A DNA stretch of 64,000 nt from Lama guanicoe. Its lineage: Eukaryota. Both the position numbers and the translations under genes were made by a program. The stretch spans positions 9,579,186 through 9,643,185 of the forward strand of contig MU054323.1 in assembly GCA_013239625.1 (NCBI GenBank), written 5' to 3'. The notes below the pieces were generated by a model that saw only the letters and a list, made by a program, of their open reading frames with translations, searched no databases and was not told the origin of the DNA. How positions within the stretch are numbered: the first letter of the stretch is position 1; each line of letters opens with the position of its first letter. Below, in pieces: positions 34,594-46,808 of this stretch.

Positions 34594-35519
34594 AGAAAAA
34601 TATAAAGGGAAACCTAGTTATAAAGTTGACTGATGCAACTTGATTGTAACACAGCCTCTGGGCTCCAAGGCCATGTTTGAAACGGAAGGGTGTGATTTCC
34701 CTTTGGGTCTGGTGTGTTTGAAGGATGGATGGAGACTTGTACGTGGGCAGCCCAGCCCCCGCCGGCCCGGGCCCCCCGCCAGGCCCGCCCGCAGGCAGCA
34801 GGCCCCAGCGAGGAGGAGGGCTGATGGCCTCCCCTCCCCCAGCCGCGCACCTGACCCCGGACGCTGCCCTTGCACCTGCCCTTGCTCTTGCTGACAGAGT
34901 CTGTTCCTCCCCTGACAACACAACAGAAGCACTGTTTCCTGAGAAGCTGAGAGCTGTTAGGACAAGTCCGCCCACCCTTCCTTACAGCTAGCCTTTGCCT
35001 CTGCAGGACCTGCCTGGAGTGGAGAGACACGGTAGCCTGGGACTCTGCCTATTGGGGCAGGATCCTCCTCCTTCCTCCCCACTGGGCCCTGATGGACAGA
35101 CGGCCCAGCACCCAGCGAAGTGTATGGGGCGCCATCCACAGTCAGCCAGTTGTTGTCTGGAAAGTTCCACTGGTTTAAAGGAAAAAAATAAAGCCTGCTT
35201 TAGGCTCCTCCTCTGGAATTAGAAAGTCCTTAATCAAACTAAATACTTTAACAAGTCCTTGTGGCAGCCAACGGAGTAACAGACCAAAATACACACACTG
35301 GGCTGTGCTGGGCTGGTTCGTAATGGAGCTCAGCTGAGTGTCTCTGGGGATGCTTTGAGGACCCGGCCCTGCTTATCCATGGGGGATCCCATTCCTTATC
35401 CAAAGGTGAAATGTAGGGGGCTGCCGGACCTTGGCTCTGGGGCTGCTCTAGAATATAACACTGTCTTGCCCTGCAGGACATTTAAAATTTGTTCAGTGTT
35501 ATTTAGGTGATAGGCAATT

Positions 35520-35745
35520 TTTTAAAATTGAGGTGAAATTCACATGACATAAAAGCAACCACTTTAAAGTAAACGATTCAGTGGCATTCAGCACCTTCAC
35601 CATGTTGGTCCACTTTCATTTCCATCTAGTTCCAAAACATCTTCACTGCCCGGAAAGGAAACCCTGACCCATCACACAGTCACTCCCGTTCCCTCGGCCT
35701 CCAGTCCCTGGCAGCCGCCAACCTGCTTTCTGTCTCGATGGATTT
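35520..35745 (-). mobile_element. L1MA/MB-type 3' end
   Basis: aattgaggtgaaattcacatgacataaaagcaaccactttaaagt...ccagtccctggcagccgccaacctgctttctgtctcgatggattt. Confidence 0.8.
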
Positions 35746-35863
35746 ATATTTAGGTAGTATTTTTGAGAATCCCAATGACTATTTTCTGAACTAAAAAACA
35801 ATCATGAAACATTAGCACGGAAAATAAGAGCTATGGATAGCAATATAGTTTCCTCCTTATTTG

Positions 35864-35984
35864 AGCGCTTCATGAATTTCCTATGCCTTCACATACGTGG
35901 TCTTGTTCAGAAGAGACAAATGTTGCTGAATGTGTTGGAAATTATCAGCTCCAGGAGAAATTCCTTTTCCCTTACACAGTGGCG
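35864..35984 (+). repeat. Right arm of a local inverted repeat (partner 34466-34593)
   Basis: Same hand alignment. The shared core cagctccaggagaaattcct is exact. Confidence 0.9.
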
Positions 35985-37389
35985 TGTCTGGTACACTGGC
36001 AAATACAGTCGCTACCTTGATCTGCTGCATAAGGCATGCATTTGTTTCTCAAGTAAAGATGGAATAAACCTGAAAGCACAGACCTCATTTACTAATGAAA
36101 ACAGACCCCCTTTTTTGTGTTATAAATGTAGGAGAACCACGTTTAAATTAATTTAAAAAGTTAACGTGTAGATGGAGGATGTCGCCGTCATATTCTTATA
36201 GGTATGAGGAAGTTAATATCTCATTCATTCAAAAATATTTTTGTATCCCTACTAAGTACATGACACTATGAAGGCACCATTGGGGACACAGTTGTATAAG
36301 GCGCTGTTTATACAAGTGTTATATAAGGAGTCTCTTTGCTCCACAAATGTTTTCATTTGAAATATCAATTAGCTACAAACTAGAAGTTTCCCTCAAGGAG
36401 GTTAGATTCTGATAGGAGTTAAGGGGCAGGGAAGATAGACATTCATGGTGGATGCTAAGTGACTGGGCCTGTGGCAGGTGGGGTTTCAGAGAAGATTCCA
36501 CAGTGGGAGAGGCTGGGACTGGAAGGAGGAGTGGGCACCTGCACGGGACGGAGCGGAGGGCAGGCATGCCCGGCACAGGGAGCAGTCTGAGCAGAGACCT
36601 GGTGCAGGAGGAAAGAGTGGGGCTGCTTTGGGGATCAGCAAGGAGTCCCCAACATTTGGAGCATGGGCAGGTTTAGGGGATGCTGGAAATTTAGCCTGAG
36701 ATCTTGAGGGCCTTAATGACAGACGTGAATATTTTCATCAGTCGGTCGTTCAGCACAATGTAGTGCCTGTTTGTGCCAGGCTCTGTCCTTCGTGCTGGAG
36801 AGAGAGATAAGGAAGCACACACATACACGCCAGTATAGACACATGTGCACACACACATGTGCCCCTGCCACCGTCTAATGGACTAGGATCAAGTAACTAC
36901 AAGTTCACTGAGTGTCTCAAAGAAGATACATACTGTGTAAAGGGTATGTGTCATGGGTACCACCGGGACTTTCCCTAATCTGGGGGCCTTCCCAGAACTA
37001 GTGGCATTGAAGCTGAGACCCCAGAAGTAACCAGAAATGACAACTTTGTTTTGCAGTATTGGGAGCTGCAGAGGGGCTATGAATGATCAGGGGGCGTGGT
37101 GGGTGACACAGCCATTCACACTCCAGGAAGATGAATGCAACAGATGTGCAGGATGGGGCTTAGGGGCGGGGAGGAAGGAGGCCAGGGGCAGGGAGTCTGT
37201 GAGAAGGCTCTGCCCACAACCCAGGAGAGAGCCACGTGTCTCCTGCCTTCCCTCCTTCACCTGCTCCCCGAGAAGGGTCCCTCCTGCTCCCCGAGCCTCC
37301 TTTCTCCACCCAGCTCAGGGTCCCTCATCAAGCAGCTTCCTCCTCTTCTTATCCTGTCGCTGACCTCTGCCTCTCGAGGGCCTTCCTGT

Positions 37390-37900
37390 TGGCATTAAAT
37401 GAGGTCAAGTCTCGTCCATCTTAAAAACAGTAAGAGCCCTGCTGTGACTCCAACCCCCAGTCCAGCCTCGGAGGTGTTATCTTTGCTTGCGGTGCCCACT
37501 TCCTCACCTCCCACTCTTCCCTCTACCCACTCAAGTCTGCTCCCGCCTCCACTGCCCTGAGACTTCTTCCTTGTGACCAAATCCTGCAGATGCATCTCAG
37601 CCCGCATCTTCCTTGACCGCAGCACAGCAGCCAGCACCGCTAACTGCTCCTTCTTGGAAATGCCATTCTTTTCGGCTTCCCTCTTCCTGACCTTGACTCT
37701 CATCCCTTCCTCACCACCACCAACTCCTGTCTCACCTCCCAAGTGTGTTTCAGATCTCATGTTCTATCCAGCCCTACCATCACCACCCTTGTAGGAGCCC
37801 CTGTTCCCCCCTCACCTAGACAACTACAGCCACCTCCAAGCCCTACTCTGCAGCCAGAGCACCACACCAATTTCATGTGTTCAGTCTCTTGCCTGCTGCT
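37390..37900. mobile_element. L2 LINE remnant
   Basis: ttgtgaccaaatcctgcagatgcatctcagcccgcatcttccttgaccgcagcacagca...ctccttcttggaaatgc, typical degenerate L2. Confidence 0.6.
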
Positions 37901-37969
37901 GCAGGTTCTGGGGCCCCACTGCCAAGCTAATTATGTAAGTCTCCCGCTCAACGCCTGTCTTGGAGGTAC

Positions 37970-38365
37970 ATCAATTAGCATTACATTCAGCTGCCAGTGA
38001 GAGAACACACAGTTTTATTCTCTCCTATAAAAGTCTGGAGCCAGAGGTTGAGGGCTGGTCTGGTGGTTGTATGACATTGACAGGGTTCAGGATCCTCCAG
38101 CTTTCCTTGCCTGTCCATTCCCGAGATTTGGCCCTAATTTCCATGATCTGCATTCTAGCAAACTCTAGCCATCATATTTGCTTTCCAAGAAGCAGTATGG
38201 TGGAATAGGAGAGGAGCTGCCCCTCCTCTCTCTTACTTCAACTCCTTCCCTTTCATAGAGATTTCCCTGAAAAACGTTATGATGTTTCTGTTCATATTTT
38301 GTTAGCTAGAACTTACACCCAAGGTTGAATTAGCTGCAAGGGAGTCTGAGAAATGTAGTCTTGAA
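37970..38365. mobile_element. MaLR LTR, MLT1J-like
   Basis: ttattctctcctataaaagtctggag...agctagaactta...agctgcaagggagtctgagaaatgtagtctt. Confidence 0.55.
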
Positions 38366-39697
38366 TACAGCTTTAGTGATAGCCTTGTTGTGTTATTAAG
38401 GAAGAAGAGAAGACCAGATCTTGGAATAAGTAACTAGTAGTTTCTGTTCATATTCAAACAAATTTTGGCTACCCTGAAACTCACGTGCTCCCTTCTTCTC
38501 ATACATCGAATTGTCTCCTCTCCTCCCCAGGGGAGGCAACCCTAAAGCCTCATGCAGATTAAGGCCCAGGGTCACCAGGCAATGTGCAGTCCTCTCAGTG
38601 GGCTTCAGGTGAAGGTCTGAACACGTATAAATGAAGACACTCCACCCCATACTTACCATGCCAGGTGAAATAGGAAAGGGTCACTGCATTGGAGACTCCC
38701 ATTCAGAGAAGGGAAGCCAGGGAACAATCTGACACCGTTCATAGCAAGGATCAAATGCTGATGAGCGGGAGTAGGGAGACCCATTTCAGGCAGTGATGCA
38801 AAACTCTCGGTAGCCCATCTGGCCACCCTTATTCTGTTCCCTATGATTTTTTTTTTTTTGTCCATTGTCTGTATCTCTGAGCTTTTCCTTCTGGGAGCTT
38901 CTTCCTGCTCCATTATCCCCCATGGCTATGCTTGACATCAGCATTGATGAGTAAGTCCCCTGGGTTCAGTCTACTTCCTGCTGCTGTAGGCTCTGGGGTC
39001 CAGGGACTGTATTCCGAAGTAATGCTTAAATGGCAGGTCATAGTCAGTGCTTTTTGCTGTTGTTTGTTCAGTTCATTTTTTTTCCCCAAAAGGCTTAGTA
39101 GGCTTTCAATCTATGTGCTTTTTGTCAGTTTCTTATACAAAACCCACAGTTAAAAGATGTGGCGCAGCCATCATTTTAACACAGCATAGGAACCCAGGCT
39201 TGAGAAGGGCCTCCCAGGGCTCCCCTCCCTCCCCCACCTAGCTGGGGTTCCAGCTGGAAGATGGGCCACTGGGATGCACACCTGACTTTCCTCTGCATCT
39301 GCTTCCTCTCTCATCTCCTCCCCAACATCCTCCAGACCAGAGGTCAGGGCTCTGCCCTCTGTTCTCTTCTTTAGCAAAAGCTCTAAGATTAATCCTCTTA
39401 GGCTAGCTTCTTGATATCTTAAAGAGAAAGTTAAAGACAGCCAGAACATCCTTTTTCTTAATAAAAACTGTCTTTCAAGACTCTTGTCTGGCCGAAAAAT
39501 CTTCTTTTCGATATCTGAAGCTAAATATACTTATCTCCTTCCCTGCCTTTTTAAAATTTGATCATTCTAACATCACTTTCAAGCCAAGTAGATGATTGCA
39601 CTGACCAGGAAGGTCACGTACACAGAAGTGCAAAAGTGAAATGCAAGTTGTCCTATTTTTCAAAATAGGATTCTGCTTACATCAGTGAAGACTTCCT

Positions 39698-39737
39698 ATT
39701 TTGCTGAGGGTAAGTCCATTTTGCTGAGGGTAAGTCC
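39698..39737. repeat. Perfect 20-bp tandem duplication
   Basis: attttgctgagggtaagtcc x2. Confidence 0.95.
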
Positions 39738-40914
39738 AAAATGTGTAAGAGGGTTCTCTGGGGTCTGCTTCCTGCTTACCTCCCCAGCCTCATCTGGTCA
39801 AACTCCCCGCCTCACATTTTCACAACCACCACACTGGACTTTTCTCAGTTCCTTCAACACATTTTGCTCAGGACCTTCCTAACAGCTTTAGTGGAGTCTG
39901 GAAAGCTCTTTGCCTCTCTCTCTAACTGACCACCTTCTGTTCATTCCTCAGGTTTCGATTTAAAGGTCACTGTCTCGGGAAGGAGCTCCCTGACATATCC
40001 ATCAGAGCACCTTGCACCTTTGGGACTGTTAATTATTTTGAACCATATATTCAGTGTCTCTGTTTCCTACTGGAACGTCAGCCACAGGAGGGCAAGAATG
40101 ACATCTGTTCTGTCCGCCTGGCACATCCTGAGGTCATCATAACCCCTAACCTAGATTAGACTGATGAGATTCTAAAAATGCAGATCTGCCTGAAGCCCTT
40201 CCTCTTTCACTCAGGTTAAAGTCAGGCTCCTTTTCGTATCTTCCAAAGAGCTGCATGATTTGGCCCCACCTCATCCCACTTGTGCCCAACCATCCCCACC
40301 TTCAATGTTCATCTAGACTGAAACATCTTTCAGGTATTATAGGGGCTGACCTCTGATGCTTGCCTACAGGTCTTCAGGTAAGTTATGCCCAGTTCCAGTA
40401 TAAACAACTCTCATTCATCCTTCAGCTCTTAGCTGAGAGCTGCCTTGATTGGTGGATGGACTTCTCATTCGTCCTGTTCTAGGTGCCAGGAACTGTGCTA
40501 AGTGCCGAGGAAATGGCCTGAACTAGACAGACCGGGCCTCCAGTCTCTGTGTTACCTTCCCCCCCCCACCCTCATCCCTATGTGTCTCTCTTTTGGATTC
40601 TCCAGCTCTCTGAAAACCCCCAATCAGTGCCTCCTCACACTGTTGCCACAACTGTTTACCTAACCCCCCTGCTAGCTCAAGAGCTATTTGTTGAATGAAT
40701 CTCTGAAGCATCAAAGTCCTCCGCTCAGGGTAGTTAACAGAGATAGGAAGTGGCATGGGATGGATGAGCTGGGCTCCAGACACTGTGGGCAGGGGGCAAG
40801 GGCAAGGTGGACCAGGGGCAGGGACAGAAGCGAAGGAAATAGAAGTGGCCCCTGCTCCCCTCCTTCCTCAGGGAGTTTTCAGAAAGCGTGGCCTGGGGAA
40901 GGTGCTTGGGACCA

Positions 40915-41180
40915 AATGCAGAAGATCACATTTGTATGGTTTATCCTGTTACCGGAATCGATGCACCCAAAGAGACTGAATGCGGGTTAGTGGTTGTCAG
41001 GGGCTGGGGGGAGGGAGGATGGGGAGGTGTTAGATCAGTGGGTAGGAGGTTTTCTTTTGGGGTCATGAAACTGTTTCAGAGCTAGGTAGAGGTGGTGGCT
41101 GAACACCATCATGAAGTGTCACGAATGCCACTGAATTGTACATTTTTAAAATGGTTAATTTTGTTATGTGAATTTCTCCT
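40915..41180 (+). mobile_element. L1MB-like 3' end
   Basis: ttagtggttgtcaggggctggggg...aatgccactgaattgtacatttttaaaatggttaattttgttatgtgaattt. Confidence 0.75.
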
Positions 41181-41636
41181 TGGGAAGGGAGGAAGGAAGG
41201 GCTTGGAGCTGGATAGTCAGGGAAGACTGTGGGGCTATTTCTTTCTGGCTGGGGCTGCTTTGACAGGAAAAAGCCTCCCAGGCCACCTGGTTCTTATCCA
41301 GGTACAGGTAAGCTTGGAACACCTGGACACTGGCCTCTAGGGGCAAGATCATTGCAAGCTTCTCAGATGCGGGGGCTAGATGGCAAGCTTCTCTGGATGG
41401 GACAGCAAGGAAAGCCTCGGGACACATCTGCACCAAGAGTTAGATCTCAAAAGCAATGGTGAGTAAGTGTGAGTGTGTTTGTGAAGGCATGTGATTGGCT
41501 TGTCTAGCTGAGGGGCAGTGTGGTCAAAGGGAACCACCCAAAGTGGTGGTGCCTTCGGGTCCCTGCTCTGCCAGTGAATGACTGGGTAACCTTAAGGAAG
41601 TCCCTTTTCATTTCTGAATAAAAATAAAAGCTACAG

Positions 41637-42430
41637 TGATTGCTGGTGGGAATGAAAAATGGTACTGTCACTTTGGAATGCAGTTGGGCAGTTTCTTACA
41701 AAACTAAACATACTCTCACCATATAATCCAGTAATCACCCTCCTTGATATTTACTCAAAAGAGTTGAAGGCTTACGTCCACACAAAACCCTGCACATAGA
41801 GGTATATGGCAGCTGTCTTCATACTTGCCAAAACTTGGAAGCAACCAAGATGTCCTTCAGTAGGTGGATGGAGAAAGAAACTGTGGTATATCCAGACAAT
41901 GGAATACTATTCAGTGATAAAAAGAAATGAACGATCAAGCCACAAAAAGACATGGGGGAAACTTGAAAGCATGTTGCTGAGTGAGAGAGACCAATCTGTA
42001 AAGGCAACATACTGTGTGATTCCAACTATACGACATCCTAGAAAAAGCAAGACTGGAGGCAGTAAAAAGATCAGTGGTTGCCAAGGATTCTGGGAGAGGG
42101 AGGGGTGAATAGGCAGAGCACAGAAGATTTCTAGGGCAGTGAAACTATTCTGTGTGATACTGCAATGCTGGGTGCCTGGCATTATACATTTGTCCGTAGA
42201 ATGTACGACACTGAGTGAGAACCTAATGTAAACTGTGGACTCCAGGTGACCATGATGTGTCCGTGTGGGTTCATGGACTGTTACAGGTGTACCACTCTGG
42301 TGGGGGATGTTGATGGTCAGGGAGGCTGTGCCTGTCAGGGGCCATGAAGTATATGGGAACTCTCCCTACTTGCATCTCAGTTTTGCTGGAAACCTAAAAC
42401 TACTCATAAAATAGTCTATTTTTTAAAATG
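41637..42430 (+). mobile_element. L1M (MB/MC-like) ORF2 C-terminus plus 3' UTR
   Basis: ORF 41806-42108 translates to AAVFILAKTWKQPRCPS...KLWYIQTMEYYSVIKRNE, the L1 ORF2 end, followed by an L1 3' UTR. Confidence 0.9.
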
Positions 42431-43984
42431 GGACCTGTCTGAAAAAAAAAAAAGGCTATAACTGTTGAGTGTTTACTCTGCACCAGCAGAGCCCTGCACC
42501 CCCACTCGGCCTTTAGTCCTCACACCATCCCCTTCATAATCATTAGATGAGGATGGTCAATCTCTGACAGAGGGGTGACTTGTCCAAGGTTGCCCTGCTG
42601 GTCATCGAAGAGCCATAAGCGACTGCAGCACCTGTCCTTGGCCACCATTCTGCCTCAGTTGACCATTCAGGTGAGAAGGATAATATCACTGCCTGGGTGG
42701 TTATGAGGTGCTAAATGAACCCCGGGTGGAAAGGTCCTGTGTAGAGGTTTTCAGAGAAGTTAGTTATTATTTGTATAAGTGGAAGATTAGGAAGATGCTA
42801 TGTAAATGGTATGTGTAATAAGCTCTTGGAAAGAAGAGTTCAGGTTAAAGCAGGGGCAGTCACCTCTCTCAGGCCTGGGAGGACAGGAGCGGTGTGTGGG
42901 TTGTGGAAGTGCCAGGGCTCTCCCCTCCTCTCTGTGGGTTCTCGGGGGTCCTGGTGGTGGCTGGAGCCTTCCCTGCCCCCTTCCTGCACACCAGGCCCAG
43001 GACCCCGCCCTCAAACAGCAGTGAGGTGGAATGCAAAGGATCCTGGGCGGGCCCTCCCACTTTTTCACGCTCAGAATGGAGCGCAGAGCTGACCCTGAGG
43101 GATTTAGCACAGAGTTAGCAGCCATTGAAGGCTTTAAATCTCCACAGTGTCGCTCGTTAGCCAAGTGACTTGGAGGAGTTACTAACCTCCCGGAACTTCC
43201 ATTTTCTCTCATCTGCAAAATGAGGATCACCCCTTAGGGTTATTGGGTGGATGGTGTGAGGGTGACTCAAATCTGGTAAGCCCTGCGTAATGATTTGTGG
43301 TTATGCAGCCTCCCTTCCTCATTACCACCTGACTGGGAGGTGGAGCCTGTTTCCTCCTGTCCCCTCCTCTCGCCATTTCAGAGCCCCCACCCCATAACCT
43401 CTGCCCCATAAGCTATCACTCCTCCTTCCCTGGTCCATAGGCCCTGCTGCCCGGGGCCATCCCATGGGCCTGAGGAGCAGGTGTGAGCCGTGACTGGATG
43501 AGGGTAGGGATATGGCACTGTGGAGACCCTGAGGGGTCCTCGCCCGCCATGCCCAGCTGGGAGATCCCTGGACAGTCCACAGGAATGACCACTAGCAGTT
43601 CAGCTGGGCTCCAGCTGTTCCAAGCACTTAACAAGTAACCTATGAAACAGACACTATCATTACCCCCACTTTAGATCCAGAGAGGCTAAGTAACATGTCC
43701 AATGCCACACAGCTTGAAACAGGCAGAGATTTGAGACGATCATTTAGGCCATTGGAACGCCAGAGCTGGCCACCCACTAATTTAATCCCACCCATCCCAT
43801 CACCTCTCCCTTCTGCCACTGATGGGTGACTTCTGTGATGTCTGTAGTTACATTTTCAAGGCACAGCTGTGTTCTTTCTGCGAGTCAGGACATGCACACA
43901 GGGCGGCTGGCCACAGGTTAAAGTCCCTCTACCTGCTTTCTCCACCCGGCCCAGCCTCACTCCAGCTTGGGAACCCTCCAAGGG

Positions 43985-44314
43985 TGCTATGCTCTGAGTG
44001 TTTGTGTCCCCCCAGATTCATAAGTGGAAGCCTAACCCCCAAGGTGAAGGTTTTAGGAAGTGGAGCCTTTGGGAGGTGATTAGGTCACGAATGGGATGAG
44101 TGCCCTTATAAAAGTGGCCCCAGAGACACGCCTCCACCATGGGAAGACACAGCAAGAAGTCAGCTGCCTACAGCCCAGGGAGGGCCCTCACCTGACCAGG
44201 CCGCTACCCAGCCCCTGGGCTTCCAGCCTGCAGCACTGTGAGAAATCGATCCTGTTGTTCATAAGCCACCCAAACAGTGGTATTTTGTTACAGCAGCTCC
44301 AATGGACTAAGAGA
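43985..44314 (+). mobile_element. MaLR solo LTR, MLT1A-like
   Basis: tgctatgctctgagtgtttgtgtccccc...gggaggtgattaggtca...cttataaaag...cttccagcctgcagcactgtgagaaat...ttgttacagcagc...gactaaga. Confidence 0.85.
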
Positions 44315-46118
44315 AGTGGTTTCACACAGTCACCTTGCTGCCAGGATGATCTGGCCGGGTCTGTGGTCAGCTGCCTCGCATACCACGTGGAGACCTGGCA
44401 GTCAGCTCCGATGCAGCAGGTCTAAGGTCAGGCCTGGAAGCTCCCTCAGCCCCAGAAGAGGCTCCCCGAGAGCTAGTCCTGTGATTTCCACCTGCTTGGG
44501 GCTGAGCCATGGGAGGCCTGGAAGTGGGGGCAGAGGGAAGGCATTGCCTCCGGCTCTGCCCTCCCTGTCCCCTTCACCATCCCTCCCTGTCTGCATCAGC
44601 TGCTAAAGGAGCAGGCCCTTCCCCAAGCCCCTGCCATCTTCTCTCCTGCCCTCTCGTCTAGGCAGACCCTCTCTCTTTTCATCAGACACAGCCTCAATTC
44701 ACTCACATTAATGAGAATATGCCTACACCTCCATTCAGCATGGGGCCTGGCAGGTAGGGGCTCAACAGGTGTGAGTTTCCCTTCCTCTTGCCCATCACCT
44801 CTCCACAAGCCTGGCCACAGCCACGCAGCCCAGTCTGCCTCAGGTCACCACTCTGTCACCTACGCTGCCTGATAAAGGGCACCTCCAGGCCTGTTGTCAT
44901 TGGCAACACTCTTCTGCCTCCTCTCTACCTGCGAAGCTCTTTCTTATCCTTCAGAACCCAGCAGACATGTCATCCAGTGCCACCCAGGCAGGAAGGGGCC
45001 CCCACCCCAGCTACCACTTCTCAGACTACACACTGAGAGGCTTTGATACTATGGATTTGTTGTCCATAGACTGAGCTCCCCAAGGATGGCTACACATCTC
45101 TTCTTTTTCCCCTTGGATTACTTAAACAATTTTAAAGTACACAAGGAATCTGTGAATATGTGCATACTGTAAAAAAAGTTAAAACAATACACAAAGAGGG
45201 TAAGTCCCAGAAAACAATTAGCAAGGCCCAGTCTAGGAATCGTCTGTTCATATCCTTTGCTCGTTTTTCTGCTCTTTTTGGTTTGCAGGTGCACAGGTGC
45301 TCAGTAAACATTGACTGATTGAAGGAATGAGAGGGAGTAGCTCCCAGGACTTCTAGAAGGACACAGGCCAGGCTGGGCCAAGCCTGAAGTCTGCTGGTGC
45401 CCCTCACCTCCTCAGGTTGGCAGGGAATGCCTCCAGGGGAAAAATGAAAACCAAGCAGGAGGTGGGTGGCCAGGAGGGGTGGGGGGTGAGGAAAGGTGTC
45501 ACCTTCTATTCACACACTGAGCACACTCCTAGGAGACTTTTTGAGGAGGACGGTCTGGTTCCTCTTAACCCTCAGGGAACTGTGGCAGACAATTTTGTAG
45601 CTTGAGGTGTCCTATGGACAGTGCTGGGGTGCTGGTGTCAAATCTTTCCATCTGTATCTCTAGATTCCAGATTTCAGGTACTCAGATGTCCCAAGACAGC
45701 TGCTCTTCAATATGAAAGATCCAGGTCAGTTGCAAAGGAGAGATGGCCAGTGACTCGGCCATCTGTCTCCTGGACACAGGTGGCTGGCCCACACCCATGG
45801 CTGAGGCAGGGCTTGCCTTGACCCGTCCTGACGACTCATTTTGGTCACTGTGGCAAAGGAGACAGCTGCCCAGGAGGCCCAGGCGGTCTCTGGCTGGTCA
45901 CCCAAATCAATGGGAATGCCCCAGTGACCTCTTAGGGAGGCCAGATAATGATGGGCTCAAAGCACTCAGCCCTCAGGGCATAGCACTCCAGAGACCCTTT
46001 CCACGTAAGACTCCCAGCTCGCTGTGGTCTGTGCCCACCATCCCTGCTTCTTGACTCCTTCTCTCCCCTCCACCCCAGTCTGTAACAGCAGGAGGTAGAG
46101 ACACTCAGCAACAATTCT

Positions 46119-46808
46119 TTTTTTTTTAATTGAAGTATAGTTGATTTACAATGTTAGTTTCAGGTGTATAGCAATGCGATTCAGTTATACATATACATAA
46201 ATATATTTTTTTCAGATTCTTTTCCATTATATGTTATTACAAGAAATTGAATATAATTCCCTGTGTTATACAACAGATTCTTGTTGCAATCTATTTTGCA
46301 CATAGTAATGTGTATCTGTTAATCCCAAACTCCTAATTTATCCCTCCCCCACCCTTTCCCCTTTGGTACCCATAGTTTGCTTTCTATGTCTGTGAGTCTA
46401 TTTTTGGTTTGTAAATAAAATTTGTGTCATTTTTTTTAGATTCCACATATAAGTGATATCATATGATATTTGTCTTTCTCTGATTCACTTCACTTAATGT
46501 GATCATCTCTAGGTCCATCTATGTTTCTGCAAATGGCATTATTTCGTTCTTTTTTATGGCTGAGTAGTATTCCATCGTGTGGAATATATACACACACATA
46601 CACACCACATCTTCTTTATCCAGTCATCTGTCAATGGACATTTGTTTTCATGTCTTAGCTATTGTAAATAGTGCTGCTATAAACATTGGGGTGCATGTGT
46701 CTTTTCGAATTGTAGTTTTTTCCAGATATATGCCCAGGAGTGGGATTGCTGGATCATAGGGCAAGTCTGTTTTTAATTTTTTCAGGAACCTCCATACTGT
46801 CCTCCATA
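46119..46808 (-). mobile_element. 5'-truncated L1 insertion with TSD, younger family
   Basis: Poly-T, L1 3' UTR and ORF2 end. Flanked by AGCAACAATTCT (46107-46118) and AGCAACAAGTCT (46809-46820). Confidence 0.92.

Noticed and set aside
41806..42108. 100-aa ORF with protein-like sequence
   Set aside because: Decayed L1 ORF2 C-terminus and 3' UTR, not a host gene.
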